A DNA stretch of 64,000 nt from Eledone cirrhosa (GCA_964016885.1 OZ024762.1:3906001-3970000); one strand, 5' to 3'. Positions 13,487-28,500 are shown, counted from the stretch's first letter. The notes: generated from the sequence alone by a model not told the origin. Translations and numbers: made by a program.

Positions 13487-14861
13487 ATATACGAATCATA
13501 ATAAATTAGCTTTCTTTCATTATATCGAGCACTGATATTATTTTTTGCTTCTTATGGACCCTCTTACTGTATATACACACAACCACAAATATCTATCTAT
13601 CATATCTATCTATCTATCTATCTATATATATTTATATAGCCATCTATCTTTATAGGTAGCTAGCTCGCTATCTTCTACTCTTAACATCAATTCACCCCCC
13701 TCCCTCTCTCTCTCTCTCTTCCCCCACCCCCCTCATTTCACATGTATTTACACTGTTACACTCCTCTCCCAGAAACCACCACCACCACCACCACAACAAC
13801 AACAACAACAATGCCATTGTGTAAAGGCGGCGTGTGAACTGTTGTCTATTAAACACTGCAAAAGAGAGCGCAGTGTGCGATATTGTTTCTGATTGACAGG
13901 TTTTAACTGTCAGGTTAAAAAGCACCACCAGTGAGTGTGTGTGGCAATGTGCAGTAAAGAGTGATGGTGCAGGAGTATTACAACACACTCCAGGTACGTA
14001 TTTATATGAATACATAGTTATATATGTATGTACGTATATATATATATATATATACATACATATATACTTACATAAACTATATATTGTATATACATAAACT
14101 ATATATTATATATACATATATATATTTATATATATGTATATATATATTTATATATATATGTATATATATATATAATGTATAATGTATATATATGTGTGTA
14201 TATTCTCATGATTTACCAATTCCGCCCTTTCAATGCATTAACTCTGTGTGTTTATTTTATTTAAAAAAAATTTTTTTTTTTACCTTAAAAAAATAACAAA
14301 TTATTAACAATAATAACAATAATAATAATGATTTCTTTTATTGATTTTGGCCACAAGGGCCAGAGACTTTGGGGACAGTTCAATGACGAACTAGAAACAT
14401 CAGATCTGAAACATCAGTGAGCAGGTGTGGGTGGGGGTACATTGAGTTTTCCATTGTTTGGTTAAGACTGACAAAACAATGAAAACACATTGATGATGAT
14501 GATGATGGTGGTGATGATGATGATGTTTATTATGATGACGACGACGACGACGATGATGATGATGATGATGATTATGAGAAGGAGGATGATGATGATGATG
14601 ATGATGATGACAATGATGATGATGATGATGATTTCTTTTATTGGCCACAAGGGGCCCAACACATTAGGGGCCAAATACAAGGCTGAAAAACAAGTTAGTG
14701 GGGTTTCACATTTATGAAAGGAAAGGGGAGGGGAACATTAAGCAAAGGAAAGGGACATGAAGGAGAGGGGGGACATTAAGGAAAGGAAAACAGTAGGAAT
14801 AACAATAATAATAATTGTAATTCATTTTCATCAATCTCACCCATGTTTAAGTAATGGGAAA

Positions 14862-15205
14862 TGCTGAAGTCCTCGTGGTAAACCCCCAAATACTGAGGTC
14901 CTGGTGATAAACCCCCAAATACTGAGGTCCTGGTAGTAATCCCCAATGCTGAAGTCCTGGCAGTAACCCACCCAATGCTGAAGTCCTGGTGGTAAACCCC
15001 TACTGCTGAAGTCCTGGTAGTAAGGCTCCAATTCTGAATCCTTCCTTGTGGGAAAGCCTCAAATCATGAAATCCTTGTTGTAAGGCCCCAATACTGAAGT
15101 CCTAGTGGCAAAACCCCCAATACTGAAGTCCTAGTGGCAAAACCCCCAATGCTGAAGTCCTGGTGGTAAAACCCCCAATTCTGAAGTCCTGGTGGTAAAA
15201 CCCTC
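14862..15205. repeat. ~29-30-bp minisatellite
   Basis: Unit AAACCCCCAATACTGAAGTCCTGGTGGT repeated about 10 times with variants. Confidence 0.85.
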
Positions 15206-17671
15206 TATGTGAAACATATTAAAATAAGGGCAAGTGCCAAACTGTTGTGGTGAAGTTTCAAGTTAAAGGAACCTTTCACAATAGGTTTGAGTCTCCTGCA
15301 GCCGACATTCTTCTGTTTTGTCTCTTACCCCTACTCCCTGCTACCACCACTGGACTCATGCCACCTCCAATTAAGGATGCTAATGGGGAAAAGGCATGAA
15401 AGTCACAATCTTTCTTCCTTCTCTATCTCCCCACACCTTTTCTTTATCTTTTTTTAATTTTTGCTCCGCTTTTCATTGTCAGTAGAGTTGAGATCATACT
15501 TGGAGCAATACTCCTTCTCACTCTGTCTCTCTTTCTCATCAGAGGGTCACGTTGATGAACCCTATTTTTCATTAAGTGGATTAATTATCGATCTTGATTA
15601 AATCAATCATAGTTTTCATCCTGTTTTTTTTTTTTTATCATATTTTGCTTCCTAATAAAATAAAATGGAAAAAAAATGGCTAAAGTTGACAAATTTGCAG
15701 AATTGTTTGAACTTCAGATAAAAAAATTCAGTCATTGTTCGAGTTCCTTGTGTTCTTGAATTAAAATCCTGCCAATGTCAACTTTGCCTTTCATACTTTT
15801 GGGGGTTGACTAAGTAAAATTAACAACCATGAACCGGTGACCAGTCACAAACCACGAATTCAGAATAATGAGTTGTTGGAACTGTAGGAGAGGGGTTGGG
15901 GGTTGGGGTGTTCTTTCAGTCTTCAGTTCTAATTCTCCCCTTCCATCCCATCCTACCCTCTTTACTGGTGGAGTCTCTTCCTGCCCATGAAACTCCAGAG
16001 AGCTCACAAAACTGATGTGGTGAGTCTTTCATAGAAGTTCCTAACCCATCTTGGGGTACAAAAAAAAAATAAAAGAAAGACATTAGCTACATTTAAAAGA
16101 CTGGATTAGCATTTGGTATTCTTTCAATTTTTTTAGGGAGGTGAGGAATGGGATGGGAGTTGGTGTGGAATATTTGGGACTTGGGAGGGAGGATGGAGGG
16201 AATTTTGTTTTATCTTAACCCTTTCTATACCAAACTGCCTAAGATTTCCCCTTGTTGATTAATGCTTTCTGATTTAGGCACAAGCAAGGCCAACAATTTT
16301 TGGGGTAGAGAAAAGCGATTAAATCGACCCCAGTGTGTTATTGGTCCTTTATTTTATCAACCCCGTAAGGATAAAAGGCAAAGCTAACCTCAGTGAGATT
16401 TGAACTCAGAACGTAAAGGGCTGTAACTCTGTGCTGCTTAGCTTGTTGTCCGATACTCTACTGATATTACCAACCTACTTCCTTTTGTTATATAATGCTA
16501 AGCTGTTTTTATTTATATAACAACCTTCCTTTATAATTTATACAAACACGGAAGATTGGCAGTATCGGGACACCATACTTTGTAGCATACAGTTACGACC
16601 CTTTACATTCTGCATTGATACCCCACTGAGCTTAACTTGCCTTTCATCCTTACAGGGTTGATAAAATAAAGTACCAGTAATGCACTGGGGTCAATTTAAT
16701 TGACTTTCCTCTTCTCTTCAAATTTCTAACCTGCTAAAAGTAGAAACAATTATAATTTTTTTAGAAGAAACTAAGTTATGTTTGAAACATCAGCTTAACC
16801 TTCAATATGCTGTGGGCAACACACGGCACCATAAGAGTAATTTCCCTTGAATAGATAATGCATTGTCAAGGGAAAAACTTCATGAAAATTACTAGTGTGC
16901 TAAAGGTTAATAAAAGTAAAGTTAGTTATATTACTAAATCACTCCAAATTCTTGATTATTTTCAAAACTGCCGTATATATTCGTATATAAGCCAAGAGAT
17001 ATGTTAATCAATGAAAAAAAAATGGGAGAAGATCAATAATTTGATGATTTTCACCTTTAGATTTAGAAAATAAAAAAAAATGTTCACAGCTTCATATTAA
17101 AGCTGAGGAAAGCAAATAATTTGGAACAAGTTTTCTAAGGCATGCATTTCATCTGATTTGTATTTTTAATTAAAACCTGTTACATTCAGAAGATGGTGCT
17201 AATGTTGTCTGTAAAAATGAGCTAAAACAAAATTTCAACAAACTTGCTAAAACTTTATAAAATGGATGAAGTAGTAAAAAAAAAAATCAAAAATCATTAT
17301 GTAATGGAGTTTTGAAACAAAAACTATTCTCTAAACGACACTTAAAATACTTTAAATATCAAAATATTCATAAAAACTTCATAATCAATACTCTCCACTT
17401 GTGGGAATTTATAAAACCGTACCATCTGAATAGAATGTATTAATTAGCTGACTTGTCTTATACACAGGGTTTCGGTTTTTACCAATTTGTCAGGCATAAA
17501 ATTAATGGGCGGGAGCATTGTTCATACACGAGATGGCTTTATGCGCGAGTATATACAGCATTTGAAAATCAAAGGCAGTGTCTTTCATTAACATTGTGGT
17601 AATGAAAGGATTAAAGTTATCAGTTGTAAATTATCTTTTTATTATTAATAGTGGTAATTCTCACCTTCTCT

Positions 17672-17978
17672 TTATATATATATGTACATATATATATATA
17701 TGTACATATATATATATGTACATATATATATATGTATACATACATATATATATATGTACATATATATATATATATGTATACATACATATATATATATATG
17801 TATACATACATATATATATATATGTATACATACATATATATATATATATCTACATGTATATATATGTACATATATATGTATACATACATATATATATATA
17901 TGTACATATATATATATATATATGTATACATACATATATATATATATATGTACATGTATATATATGTACATATATATA

Positions 17979-18010
<32 letters not shown>

Positions 18011-18384
18011 CATGTATATATATGTACATATATATATATATGTATATATACATATATATATATATGTATACATACATATATATATATGTATATATATATA
18101 TGTATACATACATATATATATATATGTATACATACATATATATATATATGTATACATACATATATATATATATATGTATACATACATATATATATATATA
18201 TGTATACATACATATATATATATATATGTATACATACATATATATATATATGTATATGTATACATACATATATATATGTATGTATACATATATATGTATG
18301 TATACATATATATGTATGTATACATATATATATATGTATACATATATATATATGTATACATATATATATATGTATACATACATA

Positions 18385-18421
<37 letters not shown>

Positions 18422-18535
18422 GCATACATATATATGTATATGCATATATATATATATATAACTATATATGTATACATATATATATATACACACATACACA
18501 CGTGTGTGTGTGTATATATATATATAAATATATAT
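17672..18535. repeat. (TA)n/TACA compound microsatellite
   Basis: Almost pure TA/TG/CA dinucleotides; source of spurious long YI-rich ORFs. Confidence 0.95.
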
Positions 18536-18927
18536 TGACATGCAAGTGTCTGAGCATTCCACAGACATGTGAATCTTGAATGCATCATTACCAACCTTTT
18601 GAAATTAAAGCAAAACAATTTCAAAATACCGTCTTTCTATACTGGAAACAGAGTTATCTAATCTTGAAAGTGGAAATAAATGATTTGAAGACATTTTATT
18701 TCAATGCCAGGCGTACCCTCTCCATCATTTGAAATAGCATTATCTCAAAACTGGATTGTTCAGCTAAATAGAATACTTTGATGTCTGGCAATAGTTATCT
18801 TTAGGGATGGACAGGTACACTAGCTCTCACCTGACTTACACTTTTGGCTCCAGGATATTTCTCACCCACACTTGGAGAGGAGATAAGCACCGGCATGCAT
18901 CTCTAAGGCCCATTGGCATGTCCTGAT

Positions 18928-19296
18928 GGACACACAGTCACACATCTGGAGTGGCACCCCAGTGACTGGCTACATCTGGACACAGTCATACATCTAGAGA
19001 GGCATACCAGTGACTGGCTACATCTGGACACACAGTCATACATCTAGAGTGGCATCCCAGTGACTGGCTACATCTGGACACACAGTCATACATGTAGATA
19101 GGAATCCCAGTGAAAGTTACATCTGGACACACAGTCATACATCTAGAGAGGCATCCCAGTGACTAGTTACATCTGGACACACAGTCACACATCTAGAGTG
19201 GCACCCCAGTGACTGGCTGCATCTGGACACACAGTCACACATCTAGAGTGGCATCCCAGTGACTGGCTACATCTGGACACACAGTCACACATCTGG
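18928..19296. repeat. 50-bp minisatellite (~7 copies)
   Basis: Unit GGACACACAGTCACACATCTAGAGTGGCATCCCAGTGACTGGCTACATCT at 19026, 19076 and onward. Confidence 0.9.
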
Positions 19297-19309
19297 AGCA
19301 GACCTATTG

Positions 19310-19730
19310 GCAGGAGAGTAACTTGGTGGTGGAACAGTAAGGTAGAAGAGACAATCAAGGCCAAAAAGCAGGCTTGGAAAGTATGGCAGGATGGGGGAAA
19401 ATAGAGAACACTATCAAGTGGCCAGGAGAGAAGCTAGGAGACAAGTGTACCTTGCAAAAAGGGAAGCAGAGGAAAGAAAGTTCAAGCATGTTCTACAACG
19501 TGAGGACCAAAAACGCGAGGTGTTCGGGATTGCTAGACAATATGTGTCAAGGAAAACCGTGATATTGTCGGGGAGAAGTGTGTCCGTAATGATAACGGTG
19601 TACTTGCCCTCACTGAGGCTGATAAGAAGATAGCCTGGAAGTGTCACTACGAGAGACTATTAAATGAGGAGAATAAGTGGGAAAAAGATAGTCTGCCCCA
19701 AATCGATCCAATAGAAGGACCAGTCCACAA
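19310..19730 (+). mobile_element. RTE-clade LINE internal fragment (frameshifted)
   Basis: TWWWNSKVEETIKAKKQAWKVW / YQVARREARRQVYLAKREAEERKF / DIVGEKCVRNDNGVLALTEADKKIAWKCHYERLLNEENKW match the RTE endonuclease-RT linker. Confidence 0.8.
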
Positions 19731-20950
19731 TCCAAACAAAATACTTGAGCCATTTGGGTGCCTGGAAATTCAATTTATTTCATTTGATTTAATTATGTTA
19801 TATTTTATTCACTACAGAACTTGAGAATTTAAGATATTTTGATGCTTTACGAGAAGTGAGCATAAAAAACAAACATGGGCAGATTATTGTAGCTTGTTTA
19901 CCAAATAAGGAAATAATTAAACAATTTTGGGCAGAGTTATTGTAGCTTGTTTACCAAATAAGGAAATAAAATGATTTTGGGTGGAGTTATAGTTTTATTT
20001 GGTAAACAAGCTACAATAACTTTGCCTCAAATTGTTTCATTATTTCCATTACCAGTAATGCACTGGGTAATTGCTGGCCTTGTGCCTAAAGTAGAAACAA
20101 TTATTTCCATATTTGGTAAACAAGCTACAATGACTCCTCCCAAAACTGTTTCATTATTTCCATTTCAAATCCTGCCGAGGTTAACTTTGCCTTTCATCCT
20201 GACGGGGTCAATAAAATAAAGTACCAGTAATACACTGGAATAATTGCTGGCCTTGTGCCAAAAGTAGAAACAATTATTTCCATATTTGGTAAACAAGGTA
20301 CAATAACTCCGCCCAAAATTATTACATTATTTCCTTATTTGGTAAACAATAACTCCGCCCCAAATTATTTTATACTTGCTAACTTCTAGTATAATACCGA
20401 AATAGTTTGAATTTTCAACATTCATTTGATAGTAACCAAATTTTGAAACCTGACTGAAGTTTTGTAGTGAATTAAACTGTTCCAAATAAAGTACGATATA
20501 TATATATTAACGATAAAATGGTGTATATATATATATATATAACTGGTAAAATGTTGTGTGTGTATATATTGCAAATAAATATATATATATATTACCGATA
20601 GAATGATATGTGTATATATATTGCAAATAAAGTGATATATATATAACGGATAAAATGATATATATAACGGATAGAATGATATGTGTATATATATTACAAA
20701 TAAAGTAATATATATATAAAACCGATAAAATTGTGTGTATATATATATATAGCAAATAAAGTTATATATATATATATATATAACAGATAAAACAATATGT
20801 GTATATATATATTACAAATAAAGTAATATATGTATATATAACCGATAAAATGATATATGTATATTGCAAATAAAGTGATATGTATATGTACGGTACAGAT
20901 AAAATGATGTGTGTATATATGTTACAAATAAAGTAATATATATATATATA

Positions 20951-21235
20951 TTTCTTTAAGTCATTTGGAAGCCTCGACAATGCAGATGGGTAAATCTCCG
21001 GGTAACAAGATCCGGTGGTGGAGAGAGAGAGATGTAAGTGCGTGGCGTGTATAAGACTGTAGCGTGTAGAGGAATGAAGGAAAGTGCGTAAAGGATAAAA
21101 ATATCCTTTACGCTCTTTTCTTCATTCCTCTACACGCTACAGTCTTATCCCCACTTACATCTCTCTCTCCACCACCAGATCTACCCGGAGATTTACCCAT
21201 TTGCATTGTCGAGGCTTCCAAACGACTTAAAGAAA
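20951..21235. repeat. ~285-bp foldback hairpin (arms ~140 bp)
   Basis: TTTCTTTAAGTCATTTGGAAGCCTCGACAATGCA...GCGTAAAGGATA, loop AAAA, TATCCTTTACGC...TGCATTGTCGAGGCTTCCAAACGACTTAAAGAAA. Confidence 0.9.
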
Positions 21236-21745
21236 TTTACCTTATTATTCCACAATGCTTCAAGCAAACTTCAGTACTCTCTTATATATATATATGTTCC
21301 AGATGAAATGATGTGTACATATATATATTGCAAATAAAGTGATATATTTATATGTTACAGATAAAATGTGTGTGTATATATATATATATATATACATATG
21401 GATGGATAAGATGTTGCCAGTAAAATCCCTGTCTGGCAATCAAAATAGTTTAAGATTATATATATTATATGATAGGGCATCCTATCATATAATATATATA
21501 TATATATATAATGAAAAACAAAGAAAGAAGGAAAAGAAATGCTCTTCTGAACTTTTTTTTTTTTTAAATAACCCTTTTTTTTATAGATTTAGAAAACTTA
21601 ATTCTTTAAATTTTTTTTTTCATCGTCTTTTATTAAATTGTTTAAGACAATATTTTTCATTTCTTTACGAAATTCTAACAATTTTTTTCTTTCTTTTTCC
21701 ACCTTTTTTTCTTTTCCCTACCATTATTGCTGGTGTCTGGCATAG

Positions 21746-21889
21746 GAATTCTAACTGGTCTCCTTATCAACCGATATCCCTGTGGGTTGATCATAGTTTT
21801 TGGTTCCATCATGATGGGTGGTGGAATCATTGCGAGTTCCTTTGCATCTAATGTGATCTTTCTCGTCGTTACCCTTGGCATATTTTCTG
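21746..21889 (+). CDS. SLC16/monocarboxylate transporter-like MFS protein, internal exon (144 bp, phase 1-1)
   Basis: catag|GA ATT ... TCT G|gtaagt encodes GILTGLLINRYPCGLIIVFGSIMMGGGIIASSFASNVIFLVVTLGIFS, similar to the SLC16 TM2-TM4 segment (LxNRYGCR motif). Confidence 0.88.
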
Positions 21890-22135
21890 GTAAGTAAGAA
21901 TTTCTCTTGTGCTTTTATCTCACTCTCTTTAACCTTTAGCATGCGAGTAATTTTTAAGAGTTTTTTCCCTTGACACAGCATTATCTATTAAGGGGATATT
22001 TGTGTGTGTATATATATGTGTGTGTGTGTGTATATATGTTTGTATGTGTATATATAACGAAACAAAGTAATTCCCAATCCTAAGTTTTTACCAATCTAAT
22101 GCAAGCCTTTTACTTTTTAAAAATCTTTTAACCAG

Positions 22136-22936
22136 GAATTGGTGGCAGTTTTATCTTCATTTCATCATTTATCGGTACCGGCTTATATTTTGGTCAGAGA
22201 GGAGAGTACGCAATTGCCATTGTGTCTGTATCTGTCCCTCTTGGATTTCTGCTCTACCCACTGCTAGCCACAACACTGATTTCAGAATTCACATGGCGCG
22301 GTGCCATGCTCATCCTCGGAGCTATTTCACTGAACAGCATACCTTTTGGAATCATTATTTGGAGGGCAAAACTGCGACTAAAGCAAGAAGATCTTGTCAT
22401 CGACATTAAAGATATCTCACCTACAACCTTTGGCAGTGTCATCTCCATAAGCAGGAATGATCTCACAGTGAAATCATGCAAAGACATTTTCTCAAAGAAG
22501 AAATTCTGGGTGTTTCTATTCGCTATCACAATGTTATTTTCTCTGGTGACACTTATCTTCAATCAACTGACCGATTTCTGCATAGAACTGGGCCACGAGT
22601 CGGTTGCACGGACAGCCCTGACGCTGTTCAATATCCCAGCATTCTTTGGCCGTGTCGGCTGCAGTCTGTTGCTCCGTTTCACAAAACTCACTTCATCCAC
22701 CGTGTTTGCTGTCTTTCTCACACTGTTTGGCTTGACAATGTCGTTAGTGCCTATTGCACACAGTTTCGACAGCATACTTACTATAATCGTCATAGCAGGC
22801 TTCTTCCAATCACCAGCCAGTGGCATCTATACATGTGTAATTATCGAAATATTAGGATTTCAAAGATCTGCAACAGCCCAAGGTATAACCGATACTATAT
22901 ATGGAATTATGACAATTATCGCTGGATATGTAGCAG
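22136..22936 (+). CDS. SLC16/monocarboxylate transporter-like MFS protein, large exon
   Basis: accag|GA ATT GGT ... GCA G|gtgagc; open frame GIGGSFIFISSFIGTGLYFGQRGEYAIAI...EFTWRGAMLILGAISLN...AFFGRVG...EILGFQRSATAQG...AGYVA, with SLC16 motifs (YFxxR, WRG, G-R in TM8). Confidence 0.92.
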
Positions 22937-22996
22937 GTGAGCATATTTTGACACATCAAACCATATTCCTTCACCACACATCATTTAACCCTAATT

Positions 22997-23665
22997 GCAC
23001 ACCACCTAACACTAAACACACCAGCTAACACTAAACACACCAGCTAATACTAAGCACACCACCTAACACTAAACACACCAGCTAATACTAAACACACCAC
23101 CTAACACTAAACACACCACCTAACACTAAACACACCAGCTAACACTAAACACACCAGCTAACACTAAACACACCACCTAACACTAAACACACCACCTAAC
23201 ACTAAACACACCAGCTAACACTAAACACACCAGCTAACACTAAACACACCACCTAACACTAAACACACCAGCTAACACTAAACACACCTCCTAACACTAA
23301 ACACACCAGCTAACACTAAACACACCAGCTAACACTAAACACACCTCCTAACACTAAACACACGAGCTAACACTAAACACACCTCCTAACACTAAACACA
23401 CTACCTAACACTAAACACACCACCTAACACTAAACACACCACCTAACACTAAACATACTACCTAACACTAAACACACCTCCTAACACTAAACACACCAGC
23501 TAACACTAAACACACCTCCTAACACTAAACACACCACCTAACACTAAACACACTACCTAACACTAAACACACTACCTAACACTAAACTCACTACCTAACA
23601 CTAAACACACCACCTAACACTAAACACACCACCTAACACTAAACACGCTACCTAACGCTAAACAC
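22997..23665. repeat. 19-bp intronic minisatellite (~34 copies)
   Basis: Unit ACACCA(C/G)CTAACACTAAAC fills nearly the whole last intron of the transporter gene. Confidence 0.95.
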
Positions 23666-23716
23666 ATGTATATGTCCTTATCGTATCTCTCATCTCTCTT
23701 CCAATTTTCTCCCCAG

Positions 23717-23943
23717 GTCTGATTAGTGAGGTGACAAAATCTTACAAGAATGGTTTCATTATCTTCAGCATCTTGGCAACCATCAGTGGTGTGATAATGT
23801 GTCTGTATTTGCTGTTTGAGAAACATCCGTGCCATAGCCCTTGTGGAGCTGACCAGGATGAAGGACGGGGCTCACAACCAGCTACAACAACAGTAACAAC
23901 AACAACAGTGAAAGACAGCAAAGTAAAACCTACTTATGTCTAA
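23717..23943 (+). CDS. SLC16/monocarboxylate transporter-like MFS protein, last coding exon
   Basis: ccccag|GT CTG ATT AGT GAG GTG ACA AAA TCT TAC gives GLISEVTKSYKNGFIIFSILATISGVIMCL...PTYV*, matching the SLC16 GxLxDxTGSY + TM12 region. Phase fits the previous exon. Confidence 0.88.
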
Positions 23944-26310
23944 TGAATGCTTGGCTTGTCTAAAAACAGCATAAAACATTTGTTACACAACACGGCAAAG
24001 AAGGGCACTTATCTTTCTTTCCTTCTTCTCTGATCCCTCCCTTCATGACCATACTAACCCCCACCCCTGACCCTCACTATCACCGACCCCAACCTTCACT
24101 CCTGCAAAATCGCACTCCAATATCCATATTCCCATATCTCTGTCCCTCAGGGCAACCGCCAACCCCTCATTCACCCCCCCCCCTCACTCGCACAACCCCC
24201 TCCCCCACATTTTCTCAGACACCCCATCCTCACTCAGCCTAACTCACACAACCCCCACCCTCACTCACACAACTCCCTTACCTTCCCTCAGACAACCCCC
24301 ACCTCCACTCACCCCTACATTCCCCCAGACACCCCCTCCACTCACCATCAGTAATTGCCAGCCATACTAAATACTCATATCCTCACTTTTCTATCAAATT
24401 CATATATTTTTATCCTTTTTTTTTTGTTCCCCGTTTTTTTTTGGAAAAAATTTTTTTTTTACCGTTCTATTATTATTATTATTATTATTATTATTACAAT
24501 CCCCAATTGCTGGCCTTGTGCAAAGATCAGAAAGAATTATTATTATTAGAGTTATGGCCCTTTACGTTCTGAATTCAAACCCAGCCGAGGTTAACTTTGC
24601 CTTTCATCCTTACAGGGTCGATAAAATTAAGTACCAGTAATGCACTGGGGTAATTACTGGCCTTGTGCCAAAAGTAGAAACATTATTATTATTATATATC
24701 ATAGTGGTGGATTGGCAGTAATCGGTAGAGCATTGGATAACATGCTTTACGGCATAGAGTTACCGCCCTTTACATTCTGATTTCAAATCCTGCCGAGGTT
24801 AGCTTTGCCTTTCATCCTTACGGGAATCGATAAAATAAAGTACCAGTAATGCACTGGGGTCAATTTAATCGACTTTGGAGCCTTGGACAAATGCGTAGCA
24901 GTATTTGTGCGAGATCTTTATGTTCTGAGTTTAATCTTTAACACGCTGAATTTATTTTACGAATTACTTCCCATGACACTATATTATTTATTAAGGGGAG
25001 ATAACTCTATTGTTGAAATTTGTCGGTGACAGAACGTTAAAGTTTAACCTTGCCTATCATCCTTTCGGGGGTCGATAAAATAAAGTACCAGTCAAATACT
25101 GGAGTCGATTTGATTGACTTTCCCCCAAAACAATTGCTGGCCTTGTGCCTAAATCAGAACCCATTATTATATTATATTTTAACCTGATTTTTTTTGTCTG
25201 TAGTATCAATTACTCTTCAATATACAATCAATGTTCTCTTTGAATATCTCCGAAGATTGCAGAAAACAATTTTATTTCAAATTAATCTTTAGGACGCTGA
25301 ATTTTTTTTTTTAATGAATTGCTTCCCTTGACATTGTGTTATATATTAAGGGGAAATTACTCTCTCGTTGCAATTTGTCACCGACAGCGTTCTGAAGGTT
25401 AATAGTAATTTGTAACAAGACTTGACCGTGGTTCAATAGAGCCAGACAAAATTAACTCCAAAATTTAGTTCCGTGAATTTTTTTTTTTTTTTTTTTGTAT
25501 TTTTTGGTATTTTTTTCATCCGTTCTGAGCTGAAATCTCGCTGAGATTTATCTTTAGACATTTGCCTTACCTTTCACCCTTTCAATCTGTGTGGGGTAGA
25601 TAAAATATGTACCAGTTAACTACTGTGGTGTATATATATATTTATATATACTAATTTTAAGTTTAATCAATCTATATATAAATTTGAGGAAGAAAGGGGT
25701 GATGACGTCACACACAAGAGATGACTGAGGAAGGAAGGGGTGATGACAAACTACAGAAAGCAGCGTCTCACATTCACTACACCTGTGTGTACAATCTACA
25801 TACACACACACATATACACATACGCGTCAAGTGTGTTTAAAATAATTCTATTACATATACAATACATATCAATTATGTTTCTCAATAAAAAAGCTCCATG
25901 AACATCAGTTGAGAGAATCAATTAAACATGAAGTATAAATGATATATAACAGGATAGCCATTGATAAACTACTAGTATTTTGTAAATATAAACGGTCCTA
26001 CATCGGCGAGACACGGTCACCCGATCAATCTTGCCTCAAGTTGGACAATTCCCGTCTAACCCATGCTAGCATGGAAGATAGACGTTAAACGATGATGATG
26101 ATATAGAACAATTAATATGTAAGTAAATATAGTTATTTCAAGATGATAAAATAGCCTATAGTTCCTTAGGCAGATCTATTTTTCAGAAATGACAACAAAA
26201 AAAAGCACAAACCATCAAACTTAGTAATTAGTATTAATCACAAATTATTGATTTTGATAATAAACATCTTAAGACCATGATTTCTATCAACAGTAAGGTT
26301 AAGTATTGAT

Positions 26311-26372
<62 letters not shown>

Positions 26373-26377
26373 TTAAT

Positions 26378-26451
<74 letters not shown>

Positions 26452-26473
26452 ATATATATATATATATATATAT

Positions 26474-26553
<80 letters not shown>

Positions 26554-26876
26554 ATCCGGGGAGTGTAAGGTGAAGTTACTGTAGGTTTACCCAGGTGACC
26601 ACTCAATGCTTAGGTTCCGTCAGTGGCGAGGTGTAGAGCTAGACAGAGTCTGATATAATAATAATACAAGGATGATTTGTTAAGCCTTCATTACGTTTAT
26701 TGGTTGGTGACACACGTTCTGCTATTGATCAGCTCGAGGGCCGATCTGTATTGATCTGGTCCAACTCTGGAATCAAAAGCTCGTTGGACCTCAACTGTTG
26801 TAATATATATATATCTGACACTGCACAAAATTACTAGTCATCTGCCTAGACCCTGTTATATATTGTTTAAAACTGT

Positions 26877-26908
<32 letters not shown>

Positions 26909-27249
26909 ATCAACTATATCTTCACATAGAGCAGTGCTGCAGTATGACCACAGTTTGTTGAGTGAAACTAGTGAAAGAATAAAACAAAAACAGAAAGAAA
27001 AGAGCTTCTCATATATGATCATATACTGGTGCTCCAGCATGGTCTCGGCTGCAGTGGCTTCTAATCTACAGAACTGAAGAACTAGATCTAGCATATCTAC
27101 ATTTACATATGTCGCTCTGCCCTTTAACTGTTGCTAGAGCCCTAGGGGCACCATAGTAATGTATAGCATGTCTTAGTCATTTAAACCCGGGGAAGCTGAC
27201 AGAATATATCCCTTTGCAGGTCTGGTCACGGTTGATTTATTTCCTGAGA

Positions 27250-27441
27250 GATAGGGAGAGAAGGAGACAGACAGACAAAGAGAGAGAGGGGGAGGGTAAC
27301 AAAGAGAGAGGGAGAGAGACAGACAAAGAGAGGGGGGGGGCAACAAAGAAAGAAACAGAGACAAAGAGAGAGGGAGAGAGACAGACAAAGAAAGAGAGAG
27401 AGAGAGGGCAACAAAGAAAGAGAAACAGGGAGAGAGACAGA

Positions 27442-27476
<35 letters not shown>

Positions 27477-27509
27477 CAACAAAGAAAGAGAAACAGGGAG
27501 AGAGACAGA

Positions 27510-27542
<33 letters not shown>

Positions 27543-27782
27543 CAACAAAGAAAGAGAAACAGGGAGAGAGAGAGAGAGAGGGCAACAAAGAAAGAGACAG
27601 ACAAAGAGAGAGAGAGGGCAACAAAGAAAGAGAAACAGAGAGAGAGAGGGCAACAAAGAAAGAGAAACAGGGAGAGAGACAGACAAAGAGAGAGAGAGGG
27701 CAACAAAGAAAGAGAAACAGGGAGAGAGACAGACAAAGAGAGAGAGAGGGCAACAAAGAATGAGAAACAGACAGAGAGAGAG
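27250..27782. repeat. Purine-rich GA/GACA compound repeat
   Basis: GGCAACAAAGAAAGAGAAACAGGGAGAGAGACAGACAAAGAGAGAG units. Confidence 0.9.
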
Positions 27783-27939
27783 TGTTTGAGAAAGAGAATT
27801 CTTCCCCCTACTAAACTAATCTTGTATTTACTCAACCCTGAAAGGATGAAAGGCAAAGTTAACCTCGGTGGGATTTGAACTCAGACTACAGACTGACGGA
27901 ACAAATACCACTTGCATATATGTAAATGTTCTTAAGGTA

Positions 27940-28500
27940 CACATACCTACACCTTCATATACATACACACATACTTCCATATACATACACAGGTATACAC
28001 CTTCATATACATACATACACACACATACATACATATGCACTCACATATACACAGGTATATACCTTCATATACATACACACATACCTACACCTTCATATAC
28101 ATACACACATACTTCCATATACATACACATGTATACACCTTCATATACATACACACACATACATACATATGCACTCACATATACACAGGTATATACCTTC
28201 ATATACATACACACATACCTACACCTTCATATACATACACACATACTTCCATATACATACACATGTATACACCTTCATATACATACACACACATACATAC
28301 ATATGCACTCACATATACACAGGTATATACCTTCATATACATACACACACATACATATGCACTCACATATACACAGGTATATATCTTCATATACATACAC
28401 ACACATACATATGCACTCACATATACACAGGTATATACCTTCATATACATACACACACATACATATGCACTCACATACTCACACATACACATCTCCATAC
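27940..28500. repeat. CA/TA-rich higher-order tandem repeat
   Basis: Recurrent ACATATGCACTCACATATACACAGGTATATACCTTCATATACATACAC blocks. Confidence 0.85.
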
